Shown here: positions 18,354-28,890 of the stretch, one piece after another
Layout: the number at the start of each line of letters is the position of its first letter
Position numbering within the stretch: position 1 is the stretch's first letter
Origin: an uncultured bacterium
GTDB lineage: Bacteria; Verrucomicrobiota; Verrucomicrobiia; Limisphaerales; JACDHS01
Direction: 5' to 3'
DNA length: 56,092 nt
NCBI GenBank assembly: GCA_966112985.1
Contig: CBHWET010000003.1
Coordinates: forward strand, 1 to 56,092
Program-made: the position numbers and the translations under genes
The notes under the pieces: generated by a model
Told to the model about the DNA's origin: nothing
Seen by the model: the letters and a program-made list of their open reading frames with translations, nothing else
The model's database searches: none

Positions 18354-19115
18354 TTACGTCGTCAACTTATCGACTTTGCCGGTCATGAAATCCTTGTTCT
18401 TATCACCGACCCAGTAACGGTTACCGGCAATGCACCAGATAAAGTGCAACGGCTCTTCCTGGCTGAATACTGGATGGTAATTCAAAATCGGGATCGTCAC
18501 TGCATCACCTTCATTTACTGAACGCACGAAACTCTTCGTTTCTTCGTCGGCATAAACTTCCATCGAGCCGCGTCCCTGCGTGAAGATATAAATCTCTTCC
18601 TGGTCAGTATGATTGTGAGGCGGATACGAACGTTGATGCGGTTGGAACAACGTGTAACCGGCAATCAGTTTGTCGGCGCCTTCACTCACGTCGAACATCA
18701 GGAAAACGTCCTTGCCCTTGAGATGGCGGATACGCTTTTCGTTCTTGGAAAACTCTGACCACTTGGAATGGAAAACAGGATGCGTGTTGTCAGCGGTCGC
18801 GCGGCAGACAATCACTTTGCTTTCACCACTCTCCTGAGCGAGGCGATACGTGGCACCGCGTGGGATATAAAGAGTGTCGTAATAATCGAGCGCGTAATCT
18901 TTACCGTTCACCGTCGCCGTAACTTTCCCGCGCCAGCAAAAGAGCAGCGCTTCCTCTTCAGGATGAGCAAGGGCACCGCTGCGGATGTTACCGGTTAATT
19001 CGTACACTCCGTACGTCAGAAATTGTAAATTGGACGTTTGGGGATTCGTCTTCTCGACGTAACGAAAACTCTGTGAGTTTCCATTTAGAAAATGGGCTGG
19101 TTTTGGCTTATCCAT
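18354..19115 (-). CDS. Bicupin isomerase, 5-deoxy-glucuronate isomerase (IolB/KduI)-like
   Basis: Two cupin domains (EEALLF...YDTLYIPRG; SYPPHNHTDQEEIYIF...GDAVTIP..YHPV). ATG 19115 (MDKPK) preferred. Confidence 0.75.
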   Translation of the reverse strand: MDKPKPAHFLNGNSQSFRYVEKTNPQTSNLQFLTYGVYELTGNIRSGALAHPEEEALLFCWRGKVTATVNGKDYALDYYDTLYIPRGATYRLAQESGESKVIVCRATADNTHPVFHSKWSEFSKNEKRIRHLKGKDVFLMFDVSEGADKLIAGYTLFQPHQRSYPPHNHTDQEEIYIFTQGRGSMEVYADEETKSFVRSVNEGDAVTIPILNYHPVFSQEEPLHFIWCIAGNRYWVGDKNKDFMTGKVDKLTT

Positions 19116-19355
19116 GGCGAAAAGGTAATGAGAACGGCAGACCCACCGCAAGGGTTTTTTCGAAATCGAAATAACTGTCGTCCGAGATTTGGCAACGCGC
19201 TGCCGCGCCTGTGGTCAGTCACATCGGCGCAACATAATCATTGCGAAAACCTGCCAACACTGTTGAACTGCGCCGGCGCGGATCAAGGACGACAACCATC
19301 TGCTGGAGCTGGCAATTGACCGGCAACAGCGTGTCTGCAATTCGCCCCCAACAAC

Positions 19356-22300
19356 GTGAAGACCGCCAACCTCCTGTCTATCTGCTTTATTCTACTGTTC
19401 AGTTCAGTAATCGCATTTGCCGATTCAACCTCGTGGATCGGGGCTGAATTCGTTGTCGATCAGAGCAGCACTACAAACGCACAGGACGCCTGGACTGGAT
19501 CCGCTTTCAATGGCAGCAACTATATCGTCGTTTGGTGCGGCGGAAATGATGACGGTTCATATGATGCGTTCGCTTCGCGAGTAGATCAGAGTGGCGGTGT
19601 GCTCGACTCACGAATTCGACTGACGACACAGTCGGTTGGCTCGATATTTAACGTGTCGGTCGCATCTGACGGAACCAACTTTTTAGCGACGTGGGATGGT
19701 CCGACGGGAGAAAGCTTTTACCGGCGCATAAAAGCCGATGGAACGCTGCCGGACGCTGCACCGGTTTCGTTCGGTACGGATACAGCAACTCCGAGGGTGG
19801 CATTTGGAACAACAAATTATTTGGTGTTGTTGCAAACGGATATTTCGAAGTACCCAGCGCGGCTCGAAGCAATAACGATCTCCACTGACGGTGTTGCAGG
19901 TCTTCGGACCTTCATTACAAATATTACGAGCAGTCACTCCGGCGGTAATCTTGCATTCAATCGGACCAACTTTTTTGCGGTGTGGGCCGATGACGCTCTC
20001 TATGCCACGCGTTTAAATCCGAGTGGTTCAATGATTGACAGCAATATTGTCACCCTCGCCTCAGGTCAGTTTCATCGTCCATCAATCACCAGCAATGGCA
20101 AAGATGCTTTCGCGGTATGGAGTCCATCATTCACCACGGATTTCTTTTCAATTTTCGGAGCGCGGTTGGACAGTGATGGAGCGCTGATCGACTCTTCCTC
20201 ACTGATTTTGGAGTCGAACGGTTACGTGAATGTTTATCCGGTTGTAGCGTTCGACGGAAATAATTACGTTGCGAGCTGGATGATGTTCGGGGTAGCCGAT
20301 CAACCCCCATACGTTCTTGGCGCATGTGTTGTAAGCGAAAATGGGTATCAACTTACGAATGTGATAGTTCCCACTGACCTGCCTTATGCTTACATGCCTT
20401 CCATCGTCGCCGGAGGAACGGGTAAATTGCTGCTGACTTCTTCAAGCCCAACCGCCGGCCGAATCCTGGATACGACACGATTCATCGAAACACCTGTCAT
20501 CACACAGCAGCCTATCAACGTTGTTGCCACTGAGGGCACCGCAGCGTCTTTCGTTGTAACGGCGGTTGGCGGTTCTCCGCTTCAATACCAGTGGCGAAAA
20601 GGTGGAACAAATATCCTCGGCGCAACGTCGAGCGGATTTACGATTGCAAATTGCAGCCTTGCTGACGCCGGCGTTTTTTCTGTGTTCGTTTCGAATCCGT
20701 CAGGATCCATCGTGAGTTCAAATGCTTCGCTCACGGTCAACGCTCGTCCGTCGATTACGGCTCAGCCCATTGCCCGGACGAACGATCTGGGAACGACAGC
20801 TATTTTTACCGTCGCCGCCACAGGCACCGCGCCACTTTCCTTTACCTGGTTGAAAAATGGTGCGCCCGTGACATCCACAAATGCCACCGGGACAGCGACT
20901 GCCACGCTCACGATCAGCAACGTCACCACGAACGATGGCGGCTCGTATTCGGTCGTCCTTGAGAATGGCTTCGGCACGGCCACGAGCTCGGGCGCACTTC
21001 TCACGGTCAATACAGATTTGAGGAACCCCACGATCACAATGGCTTTCCCCGGAGCGGCGCAACGCGTCTTCGACGACCTTCATGTCACGAACGGAATTCT
21101 GGCGATGCGTGGAACGGCACTCGACAATGTGCGTGTTGCCAGCGTTTGGTATACGATCAATAACAGTGAGTGGCAGCTCGCAACGGGAACATCCAATTGG
21201 ATGGCGAACGTAACGGTCGTTCCAGGCACAAATACGGCGGTCGTGAAAAGCATCGATCAGGCGGGCAAACAATCACTCCCACTGAAACGGACGTTCTTCT
21301 ATGTAGTGACCAATCAGTTGAGTCTGATCATTTCTGGAAGCGGCAGTGTGCTGACTTACACAAATTCAATCATCACAAACGGCACTTGGCTCGAAGTGGG
21401 CCGGTCTTATCTCTACAAAGAATTACCAGCGTCGGGCAATCTGTTCAAAGATTGGAGCGGTGATGCGTCCAGCACTGCGGCGTCGCTCAGTTTTGTGATG
21501 CGATCCAACTTTGTTCTCCGCGCGAACTTCGTTACAAACCGATGCATTAGAGCCGCTGGTGCATATGCCGGTTTGTTTACGAAACAAATCGGGTTGTTCA
21601 AGAGCGGGCGGGCTTTGCGTCATTCACCTTAAGAACGAACGGCCTTTACGCTGGAAAGCTCGTCATCGACGGCGATACGTACAGCTTGAGCGGCATTTTC
21701 AACGCCACAGGAGCAACGCACACCGTGATATCACGGTTCAAACAGGGAAAAACGACGTTGTCTGTAAATCTAAGCGTCGACTACGAACAGAACCCCGACC
21801 AAATAGTCGGCACCGTCGGCGACAACGCGTGGTCGGCAGCTTTGGTAATGGATCGGAACGTCTTTGGTCCAAATCAACCGCCACCCACTTTCTCAGGAAA
21901 TTACACCATGCTGCTTCGAAACTTGACGAATGCCGAAGCGCCCGCCGGCGATGGCTATGCGTTGATCCGCGTTGCGACGAATGGCTTAGTCACAACTTCA
22001 GGCGCCATTTCTGACAATACAAAACTCGCCCATGCAGTCGCAATTTCGAAGGACGGCCGATGGCCGTTGTTCACGCCGCTCTATAGTTTTCGTTACGTCG
22101 TTACGAATGCGACAAACAGTGTGATTGTTTACACGAATGCCGGTTTCAACGGTTCTATTTTTGGCTGGCTACAGGTGAACAATAAGTGCGTGACCGGCGA
22201 CCTTTTATGGACCAGGAAGCCGTCAACGAACATTTATCCAGGTGGTTTCACCAACGCTTTTGGAGTGATCGGTTCGCAGTATATTGCGCCTGCGCTCCAT

Positions 22301-22600
22301 ACTGCTTCGCTGACGGAAACGAATGGAACTCTCACGGTCAGTGGCAATAAGCTGAACAATGCAATTAGCAGCACCGCGAGTTTATCGACGAACAACGCCT
22401 TTACGATCCCGTCACCGAATACTAACAGACTCCGCGCGACCGTTACAGCCAGCAGCGGTCTGTTCCAAGGTAGTTTTCTCGTAGCGACAAATAAAACGGC
22501 AACGTTCGTGGGGGTTGTCCTGCAGCAGCAAAATCTGGCGGGTGGCTTCTTCATTAATACGAATGAATCCGGCAAAGTAGAATTCAACGTGTCGCCCTAA
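19356..22600 (+). pseudogene. Secreted Ig-domain surface protein split by a 1-nt frameshift (ORFs 19356..21632 and 21686..22600)
   Basis: Signal peptide, repeated 'VAFDGNNY.V.W' units, two I-set Ig domains (PVITQQP...LQYQWRK) and a bacterial Ig/InlB-like repeat. Adding one T at TTGTTTACG (~21576) gives GLFYETNRVVQERAGFASFTLRTNGLYAGKLVIDGDTYSLSGIFN, in frame with the second ORF. May be a sequencing error. Confidence 0.8.
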
Positions 22601-22716
22601 AGACGGTCGTGTTTTCAAACCGTTCCAAACGTTTGAGCCAAATCAGGGGGACGGCAATCCACGACCGCCGCCAAGTTCACGGATTTTTGATCGTAGGTGA
22701 CCGTTATACCCGGAGG

Positions 22717-23040
22717 TTTTAGGAATTCGGATTCCGCAAAATCAGTCCAACCGCATGCTTTCGGGAATTCGGATTCCGCAAAACCGGTCCAACCGCGTGC
22801 TTTCAGGAATTCGGATTCCGCAAAATCAGTCCAACCGCATGCTTTCAGGAATTCGGATTCCGCAAAATCGGTCCAACCGCGTGCTTTCAAGAATTCAGAT
22901 TCCGGAAAATCGGTCCAACCGCATGCTTTCAGGAATTCGGATTCCGGAAAATCGGTCCAACCGCGTGCTTTCAGGAATTCAGATTCCGGAAAATCGGTCC
23001 AACTGCGTGTTTTCGGGAATTCGGATTCCGCGAAATCGTT
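22717..23040. repeat. Tandem array, exact 42-bp period, about 8 near-identical units
   Basis: Consensus TTTCAGGAATTCGGATTCCG(C/G)AAAATCGGTCCAACCGC(A/G)TGC. GAATTC occurs at 22723, 22765, 22807, 22849, 22891, 22933, 22975, 23017 and a decayed copy at 23059. Confidence 0.95.
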
Positions 23041-23165
23041 ATCGTGGGCAGTGGCGACGAATTCCCGAGCTGCGAAAAAGGTTACCCTTGCGGATTTTGA
23101 TCCGATTTAACGTTAAAACGGCATCAAACCGAGAAAAGACGAAATATTAACCCAAAAAACCGAGA

Positions 23166-24590
23166 CTAAATGGCAATTGAGACATGTTTGGTCTCTAAAA
23201 ACGAGTCCAAACCTTCGGATCCAAGCTCCCTCCCCCAGCCGCTCATCTTGACGCCGCCGAAAGGAGCGTTGCTGGTCGTTGGTAAACCGTCGTTGATGCC
23301 GAGCATGCCGGATTCGATGCTTTCCATAAGGCGGAACGTCCGGCTGAGATCGCGGGTGAACGCATAGGCGCTAAGGCCATAGGGAGCTGAGTTGGCCAGT
23401 TCGACGCCTTCCGCCTCAGTTTCAAAAGGAGAAATCGCGGCGATGGGTGCGAATGTCTCTTCATTCATGCACAAACCATTTTTCGGGACGTCCGCCAACA
23501 CGGTTGCCTCGAAGAAATAGCCAGGACGATTAATCCGTTTTCCGCCGCACAATACTTTTGCTCCCTTTTTCACGGCATCGTCGACGTGCTCCGTCGCCTT
23601 TTTAATAGCATTCTCATCGATCATCGCGCCGATCTGCACACCGGCTTCAAATCCTTCGCCGACAATCATTGTCTGCTTCGTTTTCTCAACGAAAGCTTTG
23701 ACGAATCGATCGTAAATTCCGCGTTGGACATAGATGCGATTGGCGGCGATGCAGGACTGGCCGGTGTTGCGAAACTTGGCGAGCAGGCAGCCCTCGACGG
23801 CTTTATCGAGATCGGCATCATCAAAAACGAGGACGGGGGCCAATCCACCGAGTTCGAGGGACAGCGGCTTCACATGTTTCGCCGCGCCTTCGATCAGTTT
23901 CTGTCCAACTTCAGTGGAACCGGTGAAGGTAATTTTACGGACAATAGGATTATCCAGGAATTCCTGGGCAATTTCCGAAGCTGAACCACATACCACCTGA
24001 AATACTCCCTTCGGCAATTTTGCAGCGGCGCAGGCTTCAGCAAAAGCGATCATGCACAAAGGTGTCGCGCTGGCTGGCTTCACAATGACGGGACAGCCAG
24101 CGGCCCATGCAGGCGCGATTTTTCGCACGGCAAGGACGAGCGGGAAATTCCATGGGCTGATCGCTGCCACTACGCCGATCGGCGTCTTTACCACGAGATT
24201 TCGTTTCCCGTCGGTCTGGTGCGGAATGATACGGCCGTATCCGCGGCGGCCTTCTTCCGCAAACCAGCGCAAATGGTCCACCGTCATCGCCATTTCGCCC
24301 TGGCTTTGCGCGAACGGCTTGCCGTTTTCCTGTGTGATCAAACGCGCGATCTCGTCTTTACGAGCCTCGAGCTCATTCGCGATTTTATGGAGAAATTCGC
24401 CACGCGCTTTTGCCGTCAGGGCGCGCCATCCAGCAAAAGCGGCGTGCGCATCCTTGATGGCTTGAGTAACGCGAGAACGATCGACGACGGAGATTTTAGC
24501 AAATGGTTCGCCGGTGGCTGGATTTTTGACGGAAATTGTTTTGTCGGCGGTGATGAATTCGCCATTGAGATAAAGCGGATACGTTTTCAT
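23166..24590 (-). CDS. gabD: NAD(P)-dependent succinate-semialdehyde dehydrogenase
   Basis: ISPWNFP, KITFTGSTEVG, SLELGGLAP, KFRNTGQSCIAANR, EETFAP, PFGGVKMSGWGRE. Confidence 0.85.
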   Translation of the reverse strand: MKTYPLYLNGEFITADKTISVKNPATGEPFAKISVVDRSRVTQAIKDAHAAFAGWRALTAKARGEFLHKIANELEARKDEIARLITQENGKPFAQSQGEMAMTVDHLRWFAEEGRRGYGRIIPHQTDGKRNLVVKTPIGVVAAISPWNFPLVLAVRKIAPAWAAGCPVIVKPASATPLCMIAFAEACAAAKLPKGVFQVVCGSASEIAQEFLDNPIVRKITFTGSTEVGQKLIEGAAKHVKPLSLELGGLAPVLVFDDADLDKAVEGCLLAKFRNTGQSCIAANRIYVQRGIYDRFVKAFVEKTKQTMIVGEGFEAGVQIGAMIDENAIKKATEHVDDAVKKGAKVLCGGKRINRPGYFFEATVLADVPKNGLCMNEETFAPIAAISPFETEAEGVELANSAPYGLSAYAFTRDLSRTFRLMESIESGMLGINDGLPTTSNAPFGGVKMSGWGRELGSEGLDSFLETKHVSIAI

Positions 24591-24652
24591 GTGCAGCGGA
24601 AATGAAAGAACAGCGTCGCGATAAAAACCGCAAGAGCTATTTCGATTTCGAA

Positions 24653-25501
24653 TTAAAGATAGAGAGCGGTTTGCAGGTCCCTGACGACGACACTCATGAA
24701 CGGGTAACGCTTATCGATGTCACGCTCGATACATTTCATGATGATCTTCTCCAGATCTGCGGGAATTTCATTGTACTCACGCGGAGGCGGTACGTTGCCC
24801 TCAAGTTGCTTGCGAAGAATTTCGTCCGGGGTATCGCCGGGAAAAGGTTTATGAAAAGTGACCAACTCGTAGGCCATCACACCGAAGGCGAAGATATCGA
24901 CGCGATGATCAATTTCGCGATGCTGTAGTTGTTCCGGCGGCATATAGGCCGGAGTCCCTGGATTCTTCGAGAATTTCTTCGGTTTCTCGGGACGTTCCAG
25001 CGCGAGATCGAAATCGCAAAGTCGCACGTGTCCATTGCGGGTGACGAGAAAGTTCTCCGGCTTGATGTCCAGATGCATGTAACCGTTTTCATGCACGTGC
25101 TCAATCGCCGTGGCGGAATCAATGAGGATATTCGCAACGTTTTCAGCAAGGATGTCGTCGACTCGTGCGATGAGCTGCTTCAGGTTGGAACTTTCCACAT
25201 AATCCATCAGCATGTACGGCAGGTTCTCAATTTTGCCGTGTTCAACATGGCCAACGATATTCTCGTGACCGGAAAGGTGTTGCAGAACCTCGCAGCCGCG
25301 GAAAAAGCGTTTACGGGCGAGGAAATTGAATTTCAGACTATCGTGCAGTTTGCGCAGCGCGTAGGTCTTTTTCGTTTCCTGGTTGGTGGCGACCCAGATT
25401 TCAGCCATGCCACCGCTGTTGATTTGCTCCGCCAGTTGAAAGATACCGAACCGGCGGGCGGCCGGTTTGTTCTGGGTTCCTAGCAACTCATTATAGTCCA
25501 T
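24653..25501 (-). CDS. Stand-alone Hanks-type Ser/Thr protein kinase (atypical motifs)
   Basis: SGGMAEIW, HLDIKPEN, LCDFDLA, GTPAYMPPEQ, DIFAFGV. ATG 25501 (MDYNEL) preferred; 25537 is possible. Confidence 0.88.
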   Translation of the reverse strand: MDYNELLGTQNKPAARRFGIFQLAEQINSGGMAEIWVATNQETKKTYALRKLHDSLKFNFLARKRFFRGCEVLQHLSGHENIVGHVEHGKIENLPYMLMDYVESSNLKQLIARVDDILAENVANILIDSATAIEHVHENGYMHLDIKPENFLVTRNGHVRLCDFDLALERPEKPKKFSKNPGTPAYMPPEQLQHREIDHRVDIFAFGVMAYELVTFHKPFPGDTPDEILRKQLEGNVPPPREYNEIPADLEKIIMKCIERDIDKRYPFMSVVVRDLQTALYL

Positions 25502-25598
25502 ACGGAGTTTTCGGCGCAGAATGTAATGGGTAGCCATCCATTTGGCAAAGCGTGAGTTTTTAGTTTTTACTTGGCCCCATTTGTTCTTTAGTTACCCC

Positions 25599-26528
25599 AT
25601 GGCCGGCGCCGCCAAAGCCAGCGACATCATCAAAACACGGCAAACCAACATCGTCCTGTTGTTGTTTATATATCTGGCCATTGTGTTTATCGGAGGAGCA
25701 CTGGTTGCGCCTTGGGTGTACTTCGGCGTAAAATGGGCTGCGGGACACTGGTCGATTTTCCAAAACCTGACCTCACACCCGTTTCACCGTTTCGTCCATC
25801 GATGCCTCCTGATTTTCGCAGTAATTGGGTTGTGGCCTTTCTGCCGAATGGCGGGACTCCCGTTAGACGGCCTTGGACTCAGATTCTCAAAAGAGGAATG
25901 GCAAAGATTTCGGCACGGGTTGTTCTTCGGCTTTGTGTCGCTCGCCTGTGTGGCCGGCGTGGCGCTGATTTTTGGCGCACGAATATTTAAACTGCCGGCA
26001 AATTGGGAGAAGGTCATCCTGGCCTCGTTGTTTTCAGCGATCACGGTCGGCACGATTGAGCAGGTGATTTTTCGTGGCGCGCTGTTCGGCTCGCTGAAAT
26101 TAGCGTGTAAATGGAAGACAGCGTTGACGCTAAGCAGCGTTATTTATGCACTGGTTCATTTCTTCAGCCGCCCCGCCGAGCCACCGGAAGTGACGTGGCT
26201 GTCGGGCTTTTTTACTCTGAAAGAGATGCTGCGCGGATTTGTTGATCTGCATACATTGCTGCCCGGCTTCCTGAATCTTTTCATTGCTGGCGGGATACTT
26301 GCACTGGCGTACCAGATCACAGGGACGCTTTCATTCTCCATTGGACTTCATGCGGGATGGATTTTTTGGCTGCAAACTTATGGCGCATTCACGCAACGGA
26401 TGCCAAAAACAAACGATTGGCTATGGGGCACGACGAAATTAATCGACGGATGGGTCGCATTGTTCGTCTTACTAACGCTAGTCATTTTCGTTGCCCCCTG
26501 GCTGCGTCGGCGAATGGATAACAAATGA
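25599..26528 (+). CDS. CPBP (Abi/CAAX-II) family intramembrane glutamic endopeptidase
   Basis: Multi-TM protein with EQVIFRG, YALVHF and IGLHAGW motifs. Confidence 0.85.
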   Translation: MAGAAKASDIIKTRQTNIVLLLFIYLAIVFIGGALVAPWVYFGVKWAAGHWSIFQNLTSHPFHRFVHRCLLIFAVIGLWPFCRMAGLPLDGLGLRFSKEEWQRFRHGLFFGFVSLACVAGVALIFGARIFKLPANWEKVILASLFSAITVGTIEQVIFRGALFGSLKLACKWKTALTLSSVIYALVHFFSRPAEPPEVTWLSGFFTLKEMLRGFVDLHTLLPGFLNLFIAGGILALAYQITGTLSFSIGLHAGWIFWLQTYGAFTQRMPKTNDWLWGTTKLIDGWVALFVLLTLVIFVAPWLRRRMDNK

Positions 26529-27289
26529 CCTTTTCCGTTCCAGCGAAGTTTCGTCCGTGGCTTGACCACGGGTTGAACTTTTTATATCCGCCGCTATGCC
26601 AGATCTGTCGCGAGAATCGAGCTGATGCGTCGGAATCGTTTATCTGTTCGAAGTGTGTTTCGGGAAAAGGTGGCGTCCGTTATCTTGTACGGCCGTTTTG
26701 CGAGTGCTGCAGCTTTCCCTTTGAAGGTGATATCTCAACAACATTCGAATGCAGCAACTGTCGCGAGCTGGATTTGCATTTCCGGTATGCCCGCTCGGCG
26801 GTCGTCATCAGCCCGTTGCTCCTGGATGTCATCCACCGCTGGAAATACAACCGGGCCCTGTGGTTTGAACCGTTCCTGGCAGACCTGTTGGTTCGTGAAG
26901 CAGTTCCTGCGCTTCGGGAGGAAAAGTGGGATATGATTGTCCCTGTCCCCTTGCATCCAGTGAAGCAACGCGAACGCGAGTTCAACCAGGCGGGCCATTT
27001 GGCGCGTCACCTGAGCGCGGCAACCAATATTCCGGTGAACGAAAACGTTGTCGAACGAGTCGAATTCACGCGCACGCAAACGCAATTGAGTCGGCAGCAG
27101 CGGGCAGAGAATGTCCGACGCGCGTTCACGGCAAAACCGGGCAAAAAATTGAATGGCGAAAAAATTATTTTGTTGGATGATGTTTTAACAACGGGCGCAA
27201 CAACAAGTGCCTGCGCGAAAGTATTGCGCGATGCTGGCGCGGGTGATGTATGTGTCTGGACCGTTGCTCGCGCACGCGGATCTGTTTGA
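26525..27289 (+). CDS. comF: ComF family protein (zinc ribbon + phosphoribosyltransferase)
   Basis: Multiple CxxC motifs, VPVPLH, REFNQA, LLDDVLTTGATTSAC. ATGA overlap with the upstream gene. Confidence 0.9.
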   Translation: MTFSVPAKFRPWLDHGLNFLYPPLCQICRENRADASESFICSKCVSGKGGVRYLVRPFCECCSFPFEGDISTTFECSNCRELDLHFRYARSAVVISPLLLDVIHRWKYNRALWFEPFLADLLVREAVPALREEKWDMIVPVPLHPVKQREREFNQAGHLARHLSAATNIPVNENVVERVEFTRTQTQLSRQQRAENVRRAFTAKPGKKLNGEKIILLDDVLTTGATTSACAKVLRDAGAGDVCVWTVARARGSV

Positions 27290-27325
27290 AATTGAAATGA
27301 AAGTTTGCAGCACTCGCATGACATT

Positions 27326-28297
27326 ATGGCGACAACATTCACTGATCCTGCTTTAAAGATGTCTCCCAAACGCACAAAAAAAACTTTAGGCCTCGAAACC
27401 GTTGAACCGGCCGTCACACCACCGCCAGCCACCAGCGAAACCGCGTTCACAAAGAAACCGAAGCTCGCCTCGAAATCAAAGAAGAAGGAAATTCCTGAAG
27501 GCCTTTGGACTAAATGCCCGAAATGTGCCGCAATGATTTTTGACAAGGAACTGGACGACAACCAGAAGGTTTGCCCGAAATGCCAGCACCATTTTCCAAT
27601 CAGCGCCCGCGAACGCATCAATTCTTTGGTCGAAACCTGTTCGTTTGAGGAGATGGATGCCGACATGCTCAGCGTCGATCCACTCAAGTTCACAGGTGTC
27701 GCTGCTTACACCACCAAGCTCGAGGAAACGAAAAAGAAGTCGGGCTTGAAGGACGCTGTCATCACAGGGATCGGAAAAATTGGCAATCACCGCATCGGCC
27801 TTGGAGTGATGGATTTCAGTTTCCTCGGCGGTTCGATGGGTTCCGTCGTTGGAGAGAAGCTCACACGTCTGATTGAAGCTTCAACCAAAAGAGGGCTCCC
27901 GTGCGTCATCATTTCGACCAGCGGCGGCGCTCGCATGTACGAAGGCATGTTTAGTCTCATGCAAATGGCAAAGACTTGCGGTGCCCTTGGATATCATGCC
28001 AAAGCAAAGCTGCCTTACATCAGCGTTCTGACTCATCCAACAACCGCCGGTGTTATGGCGAGTTTCGCGACGGTGGGCGACTTAACAATTGCTGAACCTG
28101 CTGCCATGATCGGTTTTGCTGGCCCGCGCGTCATCAAAGACACGACGCAGGCCGAACTGCCGCCCGGTTTTCAAACGGCAGAATTTCTTCTCGACCGCGG
28201 ATTGATCGACGCGATCGTTTCTCGCAAGGAAATGAAAGCGCAACTCATCTCGTATTTGGACTTCTTTGCCTCCGGCCGGAAACAGCCAGCGGCTTGA
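27326..28297 (+). CDS. accD: Acetyl-CoA carboxylase carboxyltransferase beta subunit
   Basis: EGLWTKCPKC...VCPKCQHH, MDFSFLGGSMGSVVGEK, SGGARMYEG..SLMQMAK, GFAGPRVI, GFQTAEFLL. Start is uncertain (27326 or 27359). Confidence 0.95.
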   Translation: MATTFTDPALKMSPKRTKKTLGLETVEPAVTPPPATSETAFTKKPKLASKSKKKEIPEGLWTKCPKCAAMIFDKELDDNQKVCPKCQHHFPISARERINSLVETCSFEEMDADMLSVDPLKFTGVAAYTTKLEETKKKSGLKDAVITGIGKIGNHRIGLGVMDFSFLGGSMGSVVGEKLTRLIEASTKRGLPCVIISTSGGARMYEGMFSLMQMAKTCGALGYHAKAKLPYISVLTHPTTAGVMASFATVGDLTIAEPAAMIGFAGPRVIKDTTQAELPPGFQTAEFLLDRGLIDAIVSRKEMKAQLISYLDFFASGRKQPAA

Positions 28298-28890
28298 TCA
28301 ATTCGTATTTCGGGCAGCCACAAGTGAAACAAAGCCACGCTGAAACAACTGAAAAGTTGGTGGGGCTTATTCATACTAGTGACCTTGCCTCCCTCGGGCC
28401 GGAGCCGCGTCATTCACGTACTGCATTGCCGAAGTTGAACGAACAGTTAAACAGTGCCTTCGCTGAAACAACTTTCCTCCCACAAAATCAGCAACTCATC
28501 CGAGCAACGGTCCTGCTCTGGCATGATTATTTGGATGAATCACATTCTATCTCGCAGAATATCGCCAATTGCGACGGCAGTTTTGTCCACGGCATGATGC
28601 ATCGGCGTGAACCGGATTATTGGAACTCAAAGTATTGGTTCCAGCGCACAGGCCAGCATCCTGCGTTTCCGGAAATCGCAGCGAAAGTGGCTGAATTGTT
28701 GCAGAACACTGATAACGCAGTTGCGAAAGTGATTACCGGCGGACAATGGCATCCAAACACTTTCGTAGATCTCTGCGAACAATTCGCCGAAAAGCCAACA
28801 ACGTCGCAATACAAATTGCTCCAGCAAATTCAGCGAATCGAAATGGAAGTGTTGCTGAAATATTTTTGTAACGGGCTCGAGCTCGAATGA
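28294..28890 (+). CDS. Conserved hypothetical protein
   Basis: Overlaps the accD stop (TTGA) and the next gene (ATGA). Motif LLWHDYLDESHSISQ...HGMMHRREPDYWNSKYWF. Confidence 0.75.
   Translation: MINSYFGQPQVKQSHAETTEKLVGLIHTSDLASLGPEPRHSRTALPKLNEQLNSAFAETTFLPQNQQLIRATVLLWHDYLDESHSISQNIANCDGSFVHGMMHRREPDYWNSKYWFQRTGQHPAFPEIAAKVAELLQNTDNAVAKVITGGQWHPNTFVDLCEQFAEKPTTSQYKLLQQIQRIEMEVLLKYFCNGLELE

Noticed and set aside
22717-23040. CRISPR interpretation of this and the other three arrays
   Set aside because: Units are head-to-tail with no unique 25-45 nt spacers, and there are no cas genes in the window.
22615-23150. ORFs with 14-aa repeats (FRNSDSAKSVQPRA and other frames)
   Set aside because: They are open in several frames and on both strands simply because the 42-bp unit lacks stops. 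There is no RBS or recognisable domain.
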